In this document: one piece after another, positions 37,135 through 50,704 of the stretch
Numbering within the stretch: position 1 is the stretch's first letter
Layout: the number at the start of each line of letters is the position of its first letter
Assembly: GCF_020745735.1 (NCBI RefSeq)
Contig: NC_083413.1
Span: forward strand, 97,870,409 to 97,934,408
DNA from: Hemiscyllium ocellatum
Lineage: Eukaryota
Direction: 5' to 3'
DNA length: 64,000 nucleotides
The notes under the pieces: generated by a model
What the model saw: the letters and a program-made list of their open reading frames with translations, nothing else
Told to the model about the DNA's origin: nothing
Database searches by the model: none
Translations under genes and position numbers: made by a program

Positions 37135-37739
37135 AAAAGGAAATCATGTCATCTTGTGAAGACACACAAGTGCCTCAAATAATTTTCAATTCTTCTAGTG
37201 GTTGTTTGAATCTCGAGACAGGTGTGGAAGTGTCAGACTTTTTATATCGCCTTGAGAAACCAGTTGTCATCAGTCTATTTGAATTGCTGAAGTTTGTGTG
37301 GTATTAGCACATTCACAGCGCTGTTAGGAAGTGAGCCCCATGGCTGTGATTGAGGAAGAGGAAACGGGCAGGGAAATAGTTGAGAGTTAAGTTGAAGTCT
37401 GATATGGAGGAAAGCTTTACGTGCATGTGTGCCCTTATCCTCAAGGATCACAATTTTGGAATATGCTGCCGAACGGACATGTCAGCATGCAAAATGGAAG
37501 CTGAAGAAGGCATCTCGGCCTCTCTAGAAGGCTATTCCATTCATGGGATCATCATTAATCTTGCTGCTCATCAATCTTCCCAACACACTGATAACATTGA
37601 ACCTGATTGTTTACTGTTCAACACAAGAATGGTGAATTCGTTTGGAATTCTCCACCACAGAAATTCATAGATTCAAGACTCATAGATTCTTGAAAGCGTT
37701 GTCTCAAGTACCTAGTGTGTTGAAGGTGTTTGGCGCACG

Positions 37740-40085
37740 TACCTTCATTGGTCAGAGCACTGAGTGCAGGAGTTAGGGCTTCATGTTGTAATTGTCCAAA
37801 ACATTGGAATGAACTGCCAGAGGAAGCGGTAAGTGCAGAGATCGGTCCCACATTGAGAAGACATTTGAACAGCTGCAGGAACTGGATCGGTCTGGATGGA
37901 TATGGGCCAAAGGCAGGCAAGTGGAATGAGTTTAATTTGGGAACTCTGGTCAGCATGGATGGGCTGGACCAAGGGAACTGTTTCGGTGCTGTACGACTTT
38001 ATGTCTCACTGACTTTATGGTGGATAGGCTCAAAGTTGGAAGGTGGTGAGCAAGTGAGGGGCTAGATTGGGCATGTGGGAGAGTTTGGGCTGGTAGGCTG
38101 GTAGGCTGGCTGCTGGGTAAGCTTGCGTGCACTCTGTCTGGCAAAAGGTGGCATCAAGGGAAATGGTAATGGTCACAGGATAATTTGGTCGAATTGTGCT
38201 TGGTAGGTGAGGGGTAGTTTGAGCTGAAATGCAGGAGGTCTGTCTTTGCCAGGCTGGTTTATGGAGAGGTGGGCAGGATGCCAGGCTGGTTAGTGTAGAG
38301 ATGGGCAGAGTGCCAGGATGTTTCAGGGGGTGGAAGGTCACTGTAATGAAGTGACAGGTGGACGTGTTGTCAAAATGCAAAGCTCAGAGTCTGGCAAAAT
38401 GGTAGGTTGTAAAGCACAGATGCCAAAGGAGCTAGGATGCAATGTGCACAGGTTGTCTTGGGTAAGATGAGAGGTCAGTGATCAAGGGCTGAGGTCATGT
38501 CTTGGGTAGTGGGCTTTTGTCAGAGGTTGTGGAAATGATGGTGTCAGGTCCAGTCAGGGCCAGGTTCACCATGGACCAGGTACAGGGCGGCAGGAGTGTA
38601 AATGACTGAAAGGAATTGAGATCATATGTCCATCTGGAATATAGAATATAGAACATTACTGTGCAGTACAGGCCCTTCAGCCCTCGATGGTTCCACAGGT
38701 CAGTGTAAAAATCTGAAGCCTATCTATCCTACACTATTCCATTTTCATCCATATGTTTATCCAATGACCTTTTAAATGCCCTTAAAGTGGGCGAGTGTAC
38801 TATTGTTGCAGGCAGTGCGTTCCATGCCCCTACCACTCTCTGAGTTAAGAAACAACCTCTGACATCTGTCATCTATGTCCTCTCCTGCTAGCCATCACTA
38901 TTCAAGGAAAAAGACTTTCACTGTCCACCCTCTGTTTATCTTTTATGTCTCAATTAAGTCAACCTTCTTCTCTCAAACAAAAACAGCCTCAAGACCCTCA
39001 TCCTTTCCTCATTAAACCTTCCCGCCATACCAAACAACATCCTGGTAAACCTCCTCTGAACTCTTCCAAAGCTTCCACATTCTCTCTATAATGTGGCGAC
39101 CAGAACAGTACACAATACTCCAAGTGCAGCTACACCAGAGTTTTGTACAGCTGCAACCTAACCTCGTGGTTCTGAAACTCAGTCCCTCTATCGATGAAAG
39201 CCAGCACAAAGTATGCCTTCTTAACAACTCTATCAAACTGGCTGGCAACTTTTAGGGATCTGTGTACATGGGCACCGAGATCTCTCTGCTCAGCTACACT
39301 GTCAATATGGATTGCCTTGGATGTGTTTTGTGTGATAGGGGGTTGTGTGTTCCGGGCATGAATGGGTGTATAGCAGGGTGGGGTTTGTCAATGTGAGTGG
39401 AAATTTAGGTCTCGGCAGAGTAAGTGCAGTGGTTAGTCTGAGAGATGAGGTTTGGTGGTGAACTGCGTATCAGTTTGATAGTTATTAAAGTTAAAGATTA
39501 CTTGTTCATTTCTCAAATCATATTTACATAAATACTCAGCTGTAACACTCCAAAGTCTCTGAACCTTAATGGTCCTCCATTTTTCAGAGGCCTCCAGAAT
39601 TCAGATAATTGTAAATTAGATGTTTCAACTTCCAGCCAATTGGCCTGAGTTCAGCCGTGACAGCCATCCTCCCCGTCCCAGTGCTCAGCTCCTGCCTGTG
39701 CTGCTGCTGCTGCTGCTGCAGTGACCTTCCTCCCAGAGAGAACATTCTGTCTTACATTGATAAGTGAGGAAGGCTCACTGGACCTGATTTCCAAGTATGG
39801 GGACGGCAAACACGAGGGGACACAACTTTAAAGTGAGGGGAGATAGGTATAAGACAGATATCAGAGGTAGTTTCTTTACTCATTGAGTAGTAAGGGTATG
39901 GAGTGCTTTGCCTGCAATGGTGGTAGATTCGCCAAGTTTAAGTACATTTAAGTTGTCATTGGACAGGCCTATGCATGTACATGGAATAGTGTAGGTGGGA
40001 TGGGCTTCATATTAGTATGTCAGGGCAGCGCAACATCGAGGGCCGAAGGGCCTGCACTGCACTGTGATGTTCTATGTTCTATGAT
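37740..40085. mobile_element. CR1 3' fragments in the J-C intron (+ ~37740-38010; - ~38640-39300; + ~39790-40085)
   Basis: CR1 3' UTR motifs and (TTCTATG)n / ATAGAA tails. Confidence 0.75.
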
Positions 40086-40150
40086 TCACTCTGATTTCTC
40101 TCTGGGGGTACTGCCAGCTGTTGGGTATTTCCAGCAGCACGGTACCTAGT

Positions 40151-40470
40151 GGGGCGGCACGCTGGTTCCATGGTTAGCGCTGCTGCCTCACAGTGCTAGG
40201 GACTCTGGCTCCATTCCAGCCTCGGGTAACTGTCTGTGTGGAGTTGGCACTTTCTCCCCATATCTGTGTGCATTTCCTCCCACAGTCCAAATCTGTACAA
40301 GCTGGGGAAATTGCGAATGTTGTGTTCAGTGATTGGGAGGTTAGATGCATTAGTCAGGGTTAACCGTAGCATAATAGGGTAGAGGAATGGGTCTGGATGC
40401 GTTTCTTTTCAGAGGGTGGGTGTGGACTTGTTGGGCCAAATGGCCTGTTTGCACACACTGTAGAATTTCG
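40151..40470 (+). mobile_element. HE1-type SINE
   Basis: GGGGCGGCACG...GCTGCCTCACAGTGCTAGGGAC...GGGCCAAATGGCCTGTTT. Confidence 0.85.
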
Positions 40471-40813
40471 ATGAATCTGCATTTCCTTGGTTTGTATTTT
40501 GTGAAACTTCTCTGCTCTTCACAGCAATCCAATGAAAGTGTCAATTGGTGAGATCTTCAAACAGTTACTGGGGTGGGATCAGGATGTTCTTCTTCCTAAA
40601 TTATATGGCAATGGTCAAGGTCGAGGGCATGTTTCTCAAGAGGGAACCAATGATCATGATCAGCAACTGGTAGGAAACAAAAATAAACTCCAGTTATGCT
40701 GTAGACTTCAGCGGGAGCATACTGGCAAACGGTTACAGCTGAGGATACATTTGAGTAACTGATAAGGTCAAATTAACAGAAACTAACATGCTCAATTGGT
40801 CATTCTATTGTAG

Positions 40814-41122
40814 AGACACCATCTCCCCCCACGCTTTATGGCCTGGTCTCCTCCTGTGAGGAGCACAACACCGATTCGACAATCTTTGGTTGTTTGGTGA
40901 TGGACTATTCCCCAGAAGTCACCAAGGTAACCTGGAAGAAAGGTGGGGAGCTAATCACGAATGGTGGATTGAAGACTTACCCATCAGTGAGAAACAAGAA
41001 GGGAACCTACACCCTGAGCAGCCAGTTAACCCTGCCCGGGTCAGCGGTAGATTGCCCCAGCAAAATCTACTGTGAGGTTCAACACAGCGGGTCACACAAG
41101 AGCAAAGAAATGCCATGTCCAG
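40814..41122 (+). CDS. IGHM: IgM CH1 exon
   Basis: tag|AG ACA CCA...: (E)[16 protein letters not shown]...[19 protein letters not shown]...[18 protein letters not shown], then G|gtacgt; phase 1 at both ends. Confidence 0.96.
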
Positions 41123-41189
41123 GTACGTATTGTGGGAACTGAGATAAACAGAGCATCTGGCATTAATATGAATAAGGCATTATTTATAA

Positions 41190-44100
41190 CCATTTTCACA
41201 GAATCCCCTTATACAGCACAGGAAAAAGGCCCTTTGATCCATCCAGTTTGCGCCTATCAATAACAGCCACCTAACTATTCCAGTCTCATGTGCCAGCACA
41301 TGATCCATTGCCTTGTGTGACTTGCCCTTGCAAGGATGCATCTCAATACTTCATACTTATTATGAGGGTCTCAGTCTCTACATGACTTATAGGTGCTGAG
41401 CTCCAGGCTAACACCACCCTCTGTTTGATTTTGTTTTCCCCTGAGATCCACTTGGAACCTCCTGGCCTTACCTTCACCCTGTGCCCCTGAGGCATTGATC
41501 TCTCCATCAAGGGGAAAGGTTTCATCCAGTTTACCCAGTCTATGCCTAAAATAATTCTAGACATCATGATAATCTTCTCCCTAACTCTCCTCTGCTTCAA
41601 GGAAAACCCCTGTCTATCTCATCTCGTTTCATAACTAAAACCCTCCAACCCAGGCAAGATCCTGGCAAATCTAATCAATACTGCCTTCAGTGTAATCACA
41701 TTCCTTCGATAACATGCACACAACGCTTCAGTATGGCCTAACCAGTGTTCTATCAAGTTCCAGTATCATCTCCCGATTCTTCATTGTCAATGTCTAGGCT
41801 AATAAAAGCAAATATCCTCCCACCTCCTTAGTCTCTTTATCCAGACGACACAGTACTATAGGGGATCGGTGGGTACATGCACCAAAGATCCTCAGGCCTT
41901 TCCAGGGTTCCACCATTCAAAATGTCATACCTCACAGATTCTTCTGCCGAATTACATTACCTTACATTTATCCAGAATAATTTCCATTTGCAACTTCTCT
42001 TCACATACAACCAACCCTTTTATATCCTCCTGCAATCTAAAGCTATAATGCTCATGACTTACCAACATGACAGTTTTCATTTCATCTGTGAATTCACTGG
42101 TTAATCCTCCTAAATTTGAGTCTCAATCATTGGTATGTAAGAGAAATAACATGGAAATCAACCCCAATCCCTACAGAACACCAGGAGACATAGATTCCCA
42201 GTCACCCAGACACCCGATGACTATTATCCCCTGCTCCCATCACTCAGCCAGTTCTCGATCCAATCTGTCAAATTAACTCGGATCCCATTGGCTCTGATTA
42301 TTGCTATCATCTGGACATCGAGTTATCTCTCTGAAAACTACTATCAAATTGTTACACATGACTTTCTCTCAATAAAACTATGCTGAAAATTGTTGATTTA
42401 TCTTCCAAATGAAGACAAATTTCACTTTTCAATAGTTTCCCTACCACTGAGACTAGCTTGACAGATCTGTGTTTTCATTATTTATCCCTTCCTTTGTCCT
42501 GCGTAACAGTGCAACGTTGGCTGATCTACACTCACTTGGCACAACTGCTGTGGCCAGACAGTAATTCTAAATTATTGTTAGCGACCCAACTATTTCATCC
42601 CTTGCATCGCTCAACCGCTTGGTATACTTTTCATCTGCCCTGGAAATATAACCACTTTTCATTTAGCAAGACAACACAGAACATCACGTCATGTGCCCTA
42701 ATTTCTGAAAGTACATCACAACACTCCTCCATGATTTCTGTCCCCACATTGTCCCTCTTACTAGTGAACACTGACACAACACATTCGTTTTGACCACAAC
42801 CTAATCCTCCGGCTCCACTCCAATAATAACACTTAATGGGCATTACTGTTTCCCGAATAATTCTTTTATTATGAATGAGCCTGTAACTTTTAAAAATATT
42901 TTCCTTTATTTTGACTCCTATTATTTTCTCATGGTCCCTTTTGCTCTTCTAATTCCTTTCTCTTTCAAACTCCCCCTTGCGCGTTCTGTACTCCAGACTA
43001 ATTTCTATTGTTTTGAGATTTCAGTATAGACAGGAAGCCTCCCTTGTTTCTCCTTATCTCACCCTCCATGCCCTTTGGTGTCCAGAGCACGTTACATTCT
43101 TGGTCCCATTCAGTGGCTTCCTGGGAAATGTCCTCCCTATGATTTTCCTGTCTCTTTCTTAAATGTTTCACACTGCTCTGACTCAGATTTACCAATAAGT
43201 GTCAGCTTCCAGTCCACTCTGGTTAAGTCATTACCTGATCTTACTAAAATTGTCCTTCCCCTTTTCAGAACTTTGGGCCAATGTCTATTCCTTTGCAGTA
43301 CAATCTGAAATCCAACTGATTTACGATCACTGTCTGCAAAGTGCACCACCATTGATGTTTTACCCACTGGGTCGACTTCATTCCCAAAAGTTAAATTCAG
43401 GTTCACCCCTCTCTTGCAAGGTCTGGATTAAAATTCTCTGTATTAACACATACTTTGTTTAAATATTCTCCTGGGGGCATTTTCAGAATTGTGCTCCCTC
43501 TAAACGTTTGACAAAATGAATATCCAAGCCTATGCTGAGGAAGTTAAAAACCTCTTTTCTCATTCCCCTATTTAATTTACATATCTCTGAAATTTATCCA
43601 TGTATTTGCACTTGGTCTTTTGGATCTATAGTAAGGCCTATCGTGCTCTCCCAGTAGTTATGTTTGCTGTATTTTGGTTTTGAAGTACTGTCCATTTGCC
43701 TTTGTTCGAGGAGGTATCTATGATTTCATTTCTCTTTACAGCCTAAAATACTCTTGTCAGAATTGTGACAGAAGCAACATTCCGTGCCGCAAACCCCTGC
43801 CCCCATCCTTTTCCATCTTTCCCTGTCTCGCCTGAAGGCACTAAATCCTGGAAAATTGAATAGCCACTCCTGCCCCGCTCTCAATATGTCTCCGTGATAG
43901 CAACAGCATCATTTCCTCATTTATGCCGGTAATTCATCTGCCTTGATCATCAGACTCTGTCATTAAAACGAATACCATCCAACGTTGCTATCTCCCTTCT
44001 GATGTTACCGGCCTATAGTTTCTATGCCTCCTTGACTCCTTGCTGTGTCCTATAATTTTAGCCTTTCACATTGTCCTGATGATCTTTCTGTGTGGATCCC
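41190..44100 (-). mobile_element. Degenerate CR1 LINE in the CH1-CH2 intron
   Basis: 3' tail near 41190 with RT and endonuclease remnants further right; heavily decayed. Confidence 0.7.
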
Positions 44101-44227
44101 AGCTTCTCCAGCACTCTGCACAATTATGATTCTTGTATCCATTAATCACAAGAAACCTTGATATATGAGAACTGATTGTATTTGTTATGAAATTCATCAG
44201 ATAATTTATGCGATGTGTTTCCTAAAG

Positions 44228-44539
44228 GTACAGGTCCTCTCCCACCAACTCTTCTCCTAACTGTGAGCTCCAGTGAAGAAATCGCAAGCAGCAAGTTTGC
44301 AACTGTCGTTTGTTCAATCATCGATTTCCATCCGAAGGCAATCAACGTGACTTGGTTGAAAAATGGCCGACGCTTGGATTCTGGCTTCATCACGTCTCCC
44401 GTGTGTGAGGCGAACGGGAACTTCTCGGTGACGAGTCGGCTGATGGTCCCTTATGGTGAATGGTACAACAGCGCAGTCTATACCTGCCAGGTCACTCACG
44501 AAGAGAACATTCAAAGTAAAAACATCACCGCACTCCAGG
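44228..44539 (+). CDS. IGHM: IgM CH2 exon
   Basis: (G)[46 protein letters not shown]...[20 protein letters not shown], then G|gtaaga; alternative in-frame acceptor at 44234. Confidence 0.95.
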
Positions 44540-45159
44540 GTAAGAGACACATACTGAGAGAGCTACAAATCACTCTGAACTCTGATGTGAATCAAACACA
44601 CTAATTTATCAGGCGTAGTAAACAGCACGGTACAGCTTCTCATTTCCCAGCATGTCACGTATCTCATTTCAGTTTGAATGTTACATTAGCATTGCTCATA
44701 ATTCAACATTTTGGCAAGTCAGAAAAGCATGTTTCCTCTCTGTTGAAGATAGATATATAGACGGTGAGCTTTGTTAAATAGTTTGTTAAATAGTTTGTTG
44801 CCTGACCATGCTGGGAGAAGCATTCAGAGTGATGAATCCTTGCCTGGTAGTGGCTTCAAGGATAAGTTTGGGGGTGGAGGGGGGATATTGGAGAGATATC
44901 TAATTGAAACATAGAAAATACTGAGAGACTGAGGTCGAGTGAATGTGAAATAGATGTTTTGACTGGTAGGCGAGACTAGGACCCAAGGGCACAGTCTCAG
45001 GATCAAAGGGGCACCGTTTAGAACTGAGATGGGGAGGAATTTCTTCAGCCAGAGGGTGATGAATCTGTGGAACTTGTTGCTGCAGAGGGCTGTGGAGACC
45101 AGGCCATTGTGTATATTCAAGCCAGAGATGGATCGGTTCTTGTTTAGTGTGGGGAGAAG

Positions 45160-45270
45160 ACCATAGAATGGCTTTAGCCCAAATGTCGATTTTCCTGCTC
45201 GTCGGATGCTGCCTAACCTGCTGTGCTTTTCCAGCATCATTCTGATCTAAACTCTGGATTGGCCGAACAG
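45160..45270 (+). mobile_element. Decayed single-arm hammerhead cassette next to a CR1 fragment (~44890-45160)
   Basis: GGCTTTAGCCCAAATGTCGATTTTCCTGCTC...TTTTCCAGCATC; the CTGA core is lost. Confidence 0.6.
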
Positions 45271-46519
45271 CCTTATTCTGATCCTCTATCTTATGATGTT
45301 GTGGTCTCAAAATGACGTGGTTAAAATATGCAGTGACCCTAACTTGAAAATAAATCAAAATGCGTTCAATGCTTCACTCCCTGATCAGGAATGACCTGTT
45401 GGCCTTGGACAGTGTACGACATCGATTTTTATCTGGTGCTGAGCTCTTTAACTTCATTTATGGGATCAGACCACAGACCAAGTGGGTATCACATTTGATG
45501 AACTGGGATAAACGTGATCTCACTGAGCCTCTTTAAGATGCTCTCTGTAAGTAGTGGATGAGTCAGGAGAATAAATTCTGGTAAGAATGCTACAATAGGG
45601 ATGAGTGAACGAGGAACTTGAGACAGGCTGATTTAGCCTGGTTTGGGGTGGCGATGTTTACACAGTGGGTAGTGGATGTCTATAAAATTAGTGTACATTT
45701 CCATCACGTTTGTAGATTAATTTAAGACGCTTTTGTTTGTTTTTTTTTCTCCCCTGCTCTATGAAGAAATTAAAAAATGCAGCTTGGTAAATAAAGTGAA
45801 AGTACAGACCAGTCATGAACTAACTGAATGGAGGGAAAGACTTAAGGAGATGGGTGTCCTTCTCGATATCCAATGCTGTACTCAGTGCCTTGTTTTCAGA
45901 TCTACTCCAAACTCAGCCCACGAGGAACAATGACATAAATTAGAGAATGACATCACACCAATAACGCAAAGTATTTTTGATCACGTTAAATATAATGAAC
46001 AGAATTTCCATGGATATTCACTGCTCCTGTAGCACTTTAGAACTCTGCAAAGAGAATAATTATTATTTCTTATAATTTGTCCAAAATTTGGGATGTGATT
46101 TGGCAGTCAGCGTGACCAGCGCACTTGCACCTAAGGGTTATGAACATGGAAATGAACTCATTATATTCAGATTACTCTTGTCACAAGTATCAATAGATGG
46201 TCTTAAGTGAGAGACAAACTCTGAAAGAAAGGTAATTCCATGGGTTACATCATGGTATCTTCGATGGTTTTACTTTTTTCACAGCTTTCACTTGTTACAA
46301 AGCCAGTGTTCTTTTGGAATAATTACACAGGGTATGTCATAGGTAATCACAAATGCTTTCACAAATCAAAATACATCAACAATAGTAAGCATTGTTTCAG
46401 CAATGGTTGGAGTTGCCATTTTGAAGGTGGTGTCTTCACCCTGTGAAGAAGTAATCTGAAGATTGGGTGTTTGTATCATAAAGGGGCATTTTTCATTGAC
46501 TTTGATTTTTGTTTCATAG

Positions 46520-46828
46520 AAGATACCGAGTGCCACCCTAACACCGTTAAAATCCTCCCACCGCCAATCGAACAAGTCTTACTGGAGGCGACGGTGACGT
46601 TAACCTGCGTTGTGTCCAATTTTCCATCTGGAGTCAGCGTGACCTGGAAGCAAGAAAAGAAGCTTCTGAAAACCGAGATTGCTGACCAGCCTGGACAGAC
46701 TCCCGACAGCGTGATCAGCAAATTAGACATTTCTACTGAAGCCTGGCTGAGTGGTGTTACTTTTGAATGTGTGGTGTACCATCAAAATCTACCGACTCCG
46801 CTGAGAGACTCCATCCACAAGGAGAAAG
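46520..46828 (+). CDS. IGHM: IgM CH3 exon
   Basis: (E)[32 protein letters not shown]...WKQE...[22 protein letters not shown], then G|gtgagc; tandem TAG/AAG acceptor. Confidence 0.95.
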
Positions 46829-47275
46829 GTGAGCGGTGAGATTAAAACACAAAGCATCCCATGTGGAATCCAGATCCAGTTACATCAATGGCAGGCTTTC
46901 ATTGGTAATGAACAAACACCGTTGGGAGCATTAATGATGCATCTGAAGGCAGGATAACTAAGTAGCTGATAAAGAAAAAGATGGACCAAAGGATATTGTA
47001 TTCTGATTAAGTCAGATAAGGTGGGAAGAAACCTGGGTTGTGATGTCACCATCAGCAATGACAGTTGGACAGAATGCCCTTGTTGTGGGCTGGAAACATG
47101 GAGGCAACTTTCACATTAAACTTTACTTTTTTTACTGAACAGAATGTGTACTCTTTTAGAAAACGAAAGTGAATAAATCCCAAATTAAAAATGGCATATT
47201 TTAATATTGAGTGAAATTGTGATATTGGTTCAGGATGTTTTTGATTGATTTATATTTGTCTCAAATATTCTGCAG

Positions 47276-47667
47276 TGATTAATCCGCTGGAGCCATCAGT
47301 GTCGGTCCTCCTGCCACCAACAGAAGAAATCTCCGCTCAGAGGTTTCTCTCCCTCACCTGTTTAGTGAGAGGTTTCTCCCCCCGAGAGATCTTCGTCAAG
47401 TGGACAACCAATGACAAGCCGGTGAATCCCAGTAACTACAAGAACACCGAGGTGATGGCGGAGAGTGATAACACTTCCTTCTTCATGTACAGCCTGTTAT
47501 CCATTACAGCGGAGGAGTGGGCCAGCGGTGCTTCTTACTCCTGTGTGGTGGGACATGAAGCGATTCCATTGAAGCTCATCAACAGAACAGTCGATAAATC
47601 CAGCGGTAAACCGAGTTTCGTAAACATTTCACTTGCACTGATGGACACTGTTAATTCATGTCAATAA
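47276..47667 (+). CDS. IGHM: IgM CH4 exon plus secretory tailpiece
   Basis: (V)[14 protein letters not shown]...[15 protein letters not shown]...[23 protein letters not shown]|[20 protein letters not shown]. Internal donor G|GTAAA at 47605/47606 for TM splicing; tailpiece has an NIS sequon and penultimate Cys. Confidence 0.97.
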
Positions 47668-47709
47668 AAATCTCAAAGTTGCATTTAATAATTCAACAGA
47701 AGTAATAAA
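47663..47709 (+). terminator. Secretory-form polyadenylation signals
   Basis: AATAAA at 47663-47668 (overlapping the stop codon) and at 47704-47709. Confidence 0.75.
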
Positions 47710-50437
47710 GTTTCTTTTTCCTCCAGTTGTGAGTTAAATACTGAATTAGTTGTTTCTCACTGTGACTTACACTGCATCTCTGTAGTTAAAGTGGGTTATT
47801 AACAGGTCTAGGACAAGTGTCTTGTGCAGTTAATGTTCTCTGCTCAGATACACCCTGGGTCAGGGACGGAGTAAAGCTCACTCATTGCAGGATTCCGCCA
47901 AGTCCCTTGTCCATCTTAAATCCCTCTGTGACAAAATCTGACAATGTCCATTTTATGTCAAGGGTAGAGCACGAGTTTTGAACTTGGTGTTCTTGATTCC
48001 CCTGATTGGACATTCTTATAAAATTCATGTCAGTTTTAAACTGCCACATTGCACCAATTGGAAATGTAAATTTAAGACAGTTTCAAATTAAATTTGATTG
48101 GAACATACCAATCGTAAAGAGTGCAGAACAGTTTGAATGTAACCGTTGTTTCTGGGGAACTGCCAGGGATCTTGCGCCAGCGCATGAGTTGACAGAATAT
48201 ATCTTCACTTTCACACCAAAGAGAAATGACAGATAAGTTGTCGTGGAGCAGAGGGGAGGGGAACGATGAATGGTCTGTCCTCTTGCTCCCTGTGCAGAGT
48301 TTTCATGGTCGATGTCCTCTGTAATGTAACCCAGTTACTAACAGGAACAGTCAGCTTCTTGCTTACTGTCCAAAGATTTAACATTTCCATGCAAAATAAT
48401 ACCTTTGAAACATGTTGGACACGCTTGGCTCTGTTAACAAATGATTAACATTGATTCCCCTAATCCAAAACTGGTGTTTGCATTGTCCCGGTTTGAATTC
48501 TATAGTTTTGTCTCAGTTTTCTGGAGCACATGGGATCAATTCTGGTATTCGAATACCCGGTACCATTTTGTTTCACATACAGAACACAAGTAGACATTTT
48601 CTAATAAACATATTCAGAAATGTTATCTCTGGGGCAGTGGGGATTTGAACTCACGCCTTTTCTCTCAGAGACAGAAATTCTATCACTGCAACAGAAGAGT
48701 TGCTCATAAAACGCTTATCTCTTCACGACGATGGGAAATGTTTCCTACAACACCAAGGTCAAATCTAATTATAGGCAATCCATTAAAATTAGAACAATAA
48801 ATTAGAATAATAAAAATTGCAGTCTGGTATAAGAACAGATACAGAGAGATGATCGCAAATACACACGGAATGACACATATATGGGCTCTCACCTAAAGAC
48901 ACATATTGATGTGCACACTCAAATGTGCATACAGATAAGATGTCACACACGCATACTCGCACAGAGCCACACATGCAAGTGGTACTTGAACACTCACCTA
49001 AGCTCATACAAAAACTCACATACACCGAAAGAAAATTATTTGCACAAATGATCAGGGTACTCACACTTAACCATGAGAAATATAGACACACGGTAACACA
49101 CGAATGGGCATGAATACATATACATTCATACAGCACAATGCGTACAGACATACACGCATGAACACACAGATACAAATTCCAAAAAATGTCCTCCCACATG
49201 TCAACTCACACAGGCACATAAGTGCACAGAGATAAACATTAATATCATTATTTTCCCATTTTCAGAATCACAAACATACGATGACAGAGGTAGCTTAATT
49301 AGTTATTTTTAAACCACATTGATCAGCATGTATACAATGTCACACGTACACACAAATTCAGAGTCTCACATGCAGACACACAAGTGCATAGATCAATAAA
49401 TAGAGGGGCATTTATTAAATAAGGATAATGAGCACAAGCATCAGCAAGCATCCACAAACACTAACACAAACAAGCTTCTCAGGAGATGGTTTGGGAAAGA
49501 TTGCCACACAAGCAGACATCATCATATAAATATAAACATCCATCAAAACATGACGTTGCATGCTAACATTTATTAAGCATAAACAGGAAAATAACCTAGT
49601 TTAGGTAGGACCTGAAACAGACACATAAGCACACATTTTAGATAGCACTAATGAAAAGTGAACACTCACAAAGACATTACAAGATAAGCATAGGCAGCAA
49701 TGAAGTGGCATATTCGCATAATGATGCTTACACAATGTGAAAAGACCAAAATTTCGGTGCACAAACACATGAGAACACTAGCAGTAAAGGAACAGGAATA
49801 TGTTTATTCATGCACAGACTCCAACATGGGCAAGAGTGAAGTAAGAGGCACTCATAACCACATACACAACCATTAAAGGGAAACCAAACACACCAAGCAG
49901 TAGGTCAAATAAATTAAGGGACACATGTACAAAAACTTATTCCTAAATATACAGATCCTACAAACAAAAATATGAAGCAATGTCCTGACTGTGATGTCAC
50001 TTATATTCACGATTTGCCAAGCAATTGGTCACCAATACATAAAGGTGAGAATCACATTTGAACTTTTATTCAGTGATGGCCACAATTTTCAACTAAAGTG
50101 CTGTCACAGCCTATATTTAAAATATAATGATATAATTAAAATAATCATTCGTAATAAGCATTCCTCAAATAATAATATCCTTAAATAATAGATTAAAAGA
50201 AAATTAATTTAAAACATTCTGACATGGACAATGAAGAAAGAACATGTGCAGTCAGTATTTGTAATTTCTTGCTGAGAGTCAATAATGCACTGATGGGTAC
50301 AGATAAGAGTCACACTTGAGAAATACCTGACTGCTTTATGAAGATGTAATGGTCTCTAATTACATGACTTGGATACACATAGATCGATCTGGATCAATAA
50401 ACGATCTAAATGCGTTCTCTCGGCTTTATATTCATAG

Positions 50438-50565
50438 ATTCAATAGATCGCACTTGGATTGAAGACTATGAGGATGATAACAGCAACATCTGGACAACTG
50501 CTTCCACGTTCATCACCTTGTTCTTCCTGAGTATTTTCTACAGCGCTGCCGTCACTCTGGTGAAG
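50438..50565 (+). CDS. IGHM: IgM TM1 exon
   Basis: (D)SIDRTWIEDYEDDNSNIWTTASTFITLFFLSIFYSAAVTLVK|gtgag, with CART-type conserved TM residues. Confidence 0.96.
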
Positions 50566-50704
50566 GTGAGAATAATCACATCTTTCTCATGCCAAACAGC
50601 CCAATATGTTTTGTGAAATCTCTAAGTGTGCCATTGAATAAACATTAAATCTGAAAGTCCCTGATCATAAATATCTGTGTCATTGCTTTATCTCTCTTTT
50701 CCAG

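Noticed and set aside
38030-38640. Unassigned G/T-rich segment with a 116-aa minus-strand ORF
   Set aside because: No motif I can recognise; lies between CR1 pieces and is most likely a decayed repeat.
48890-49420. CA-rich tract and Cys/Val-rich ORF in the CH4-TM1 intron
   Set aside because: Degenerate dinucleotide low-complexity sequence; the ORF is a compositional artefact.
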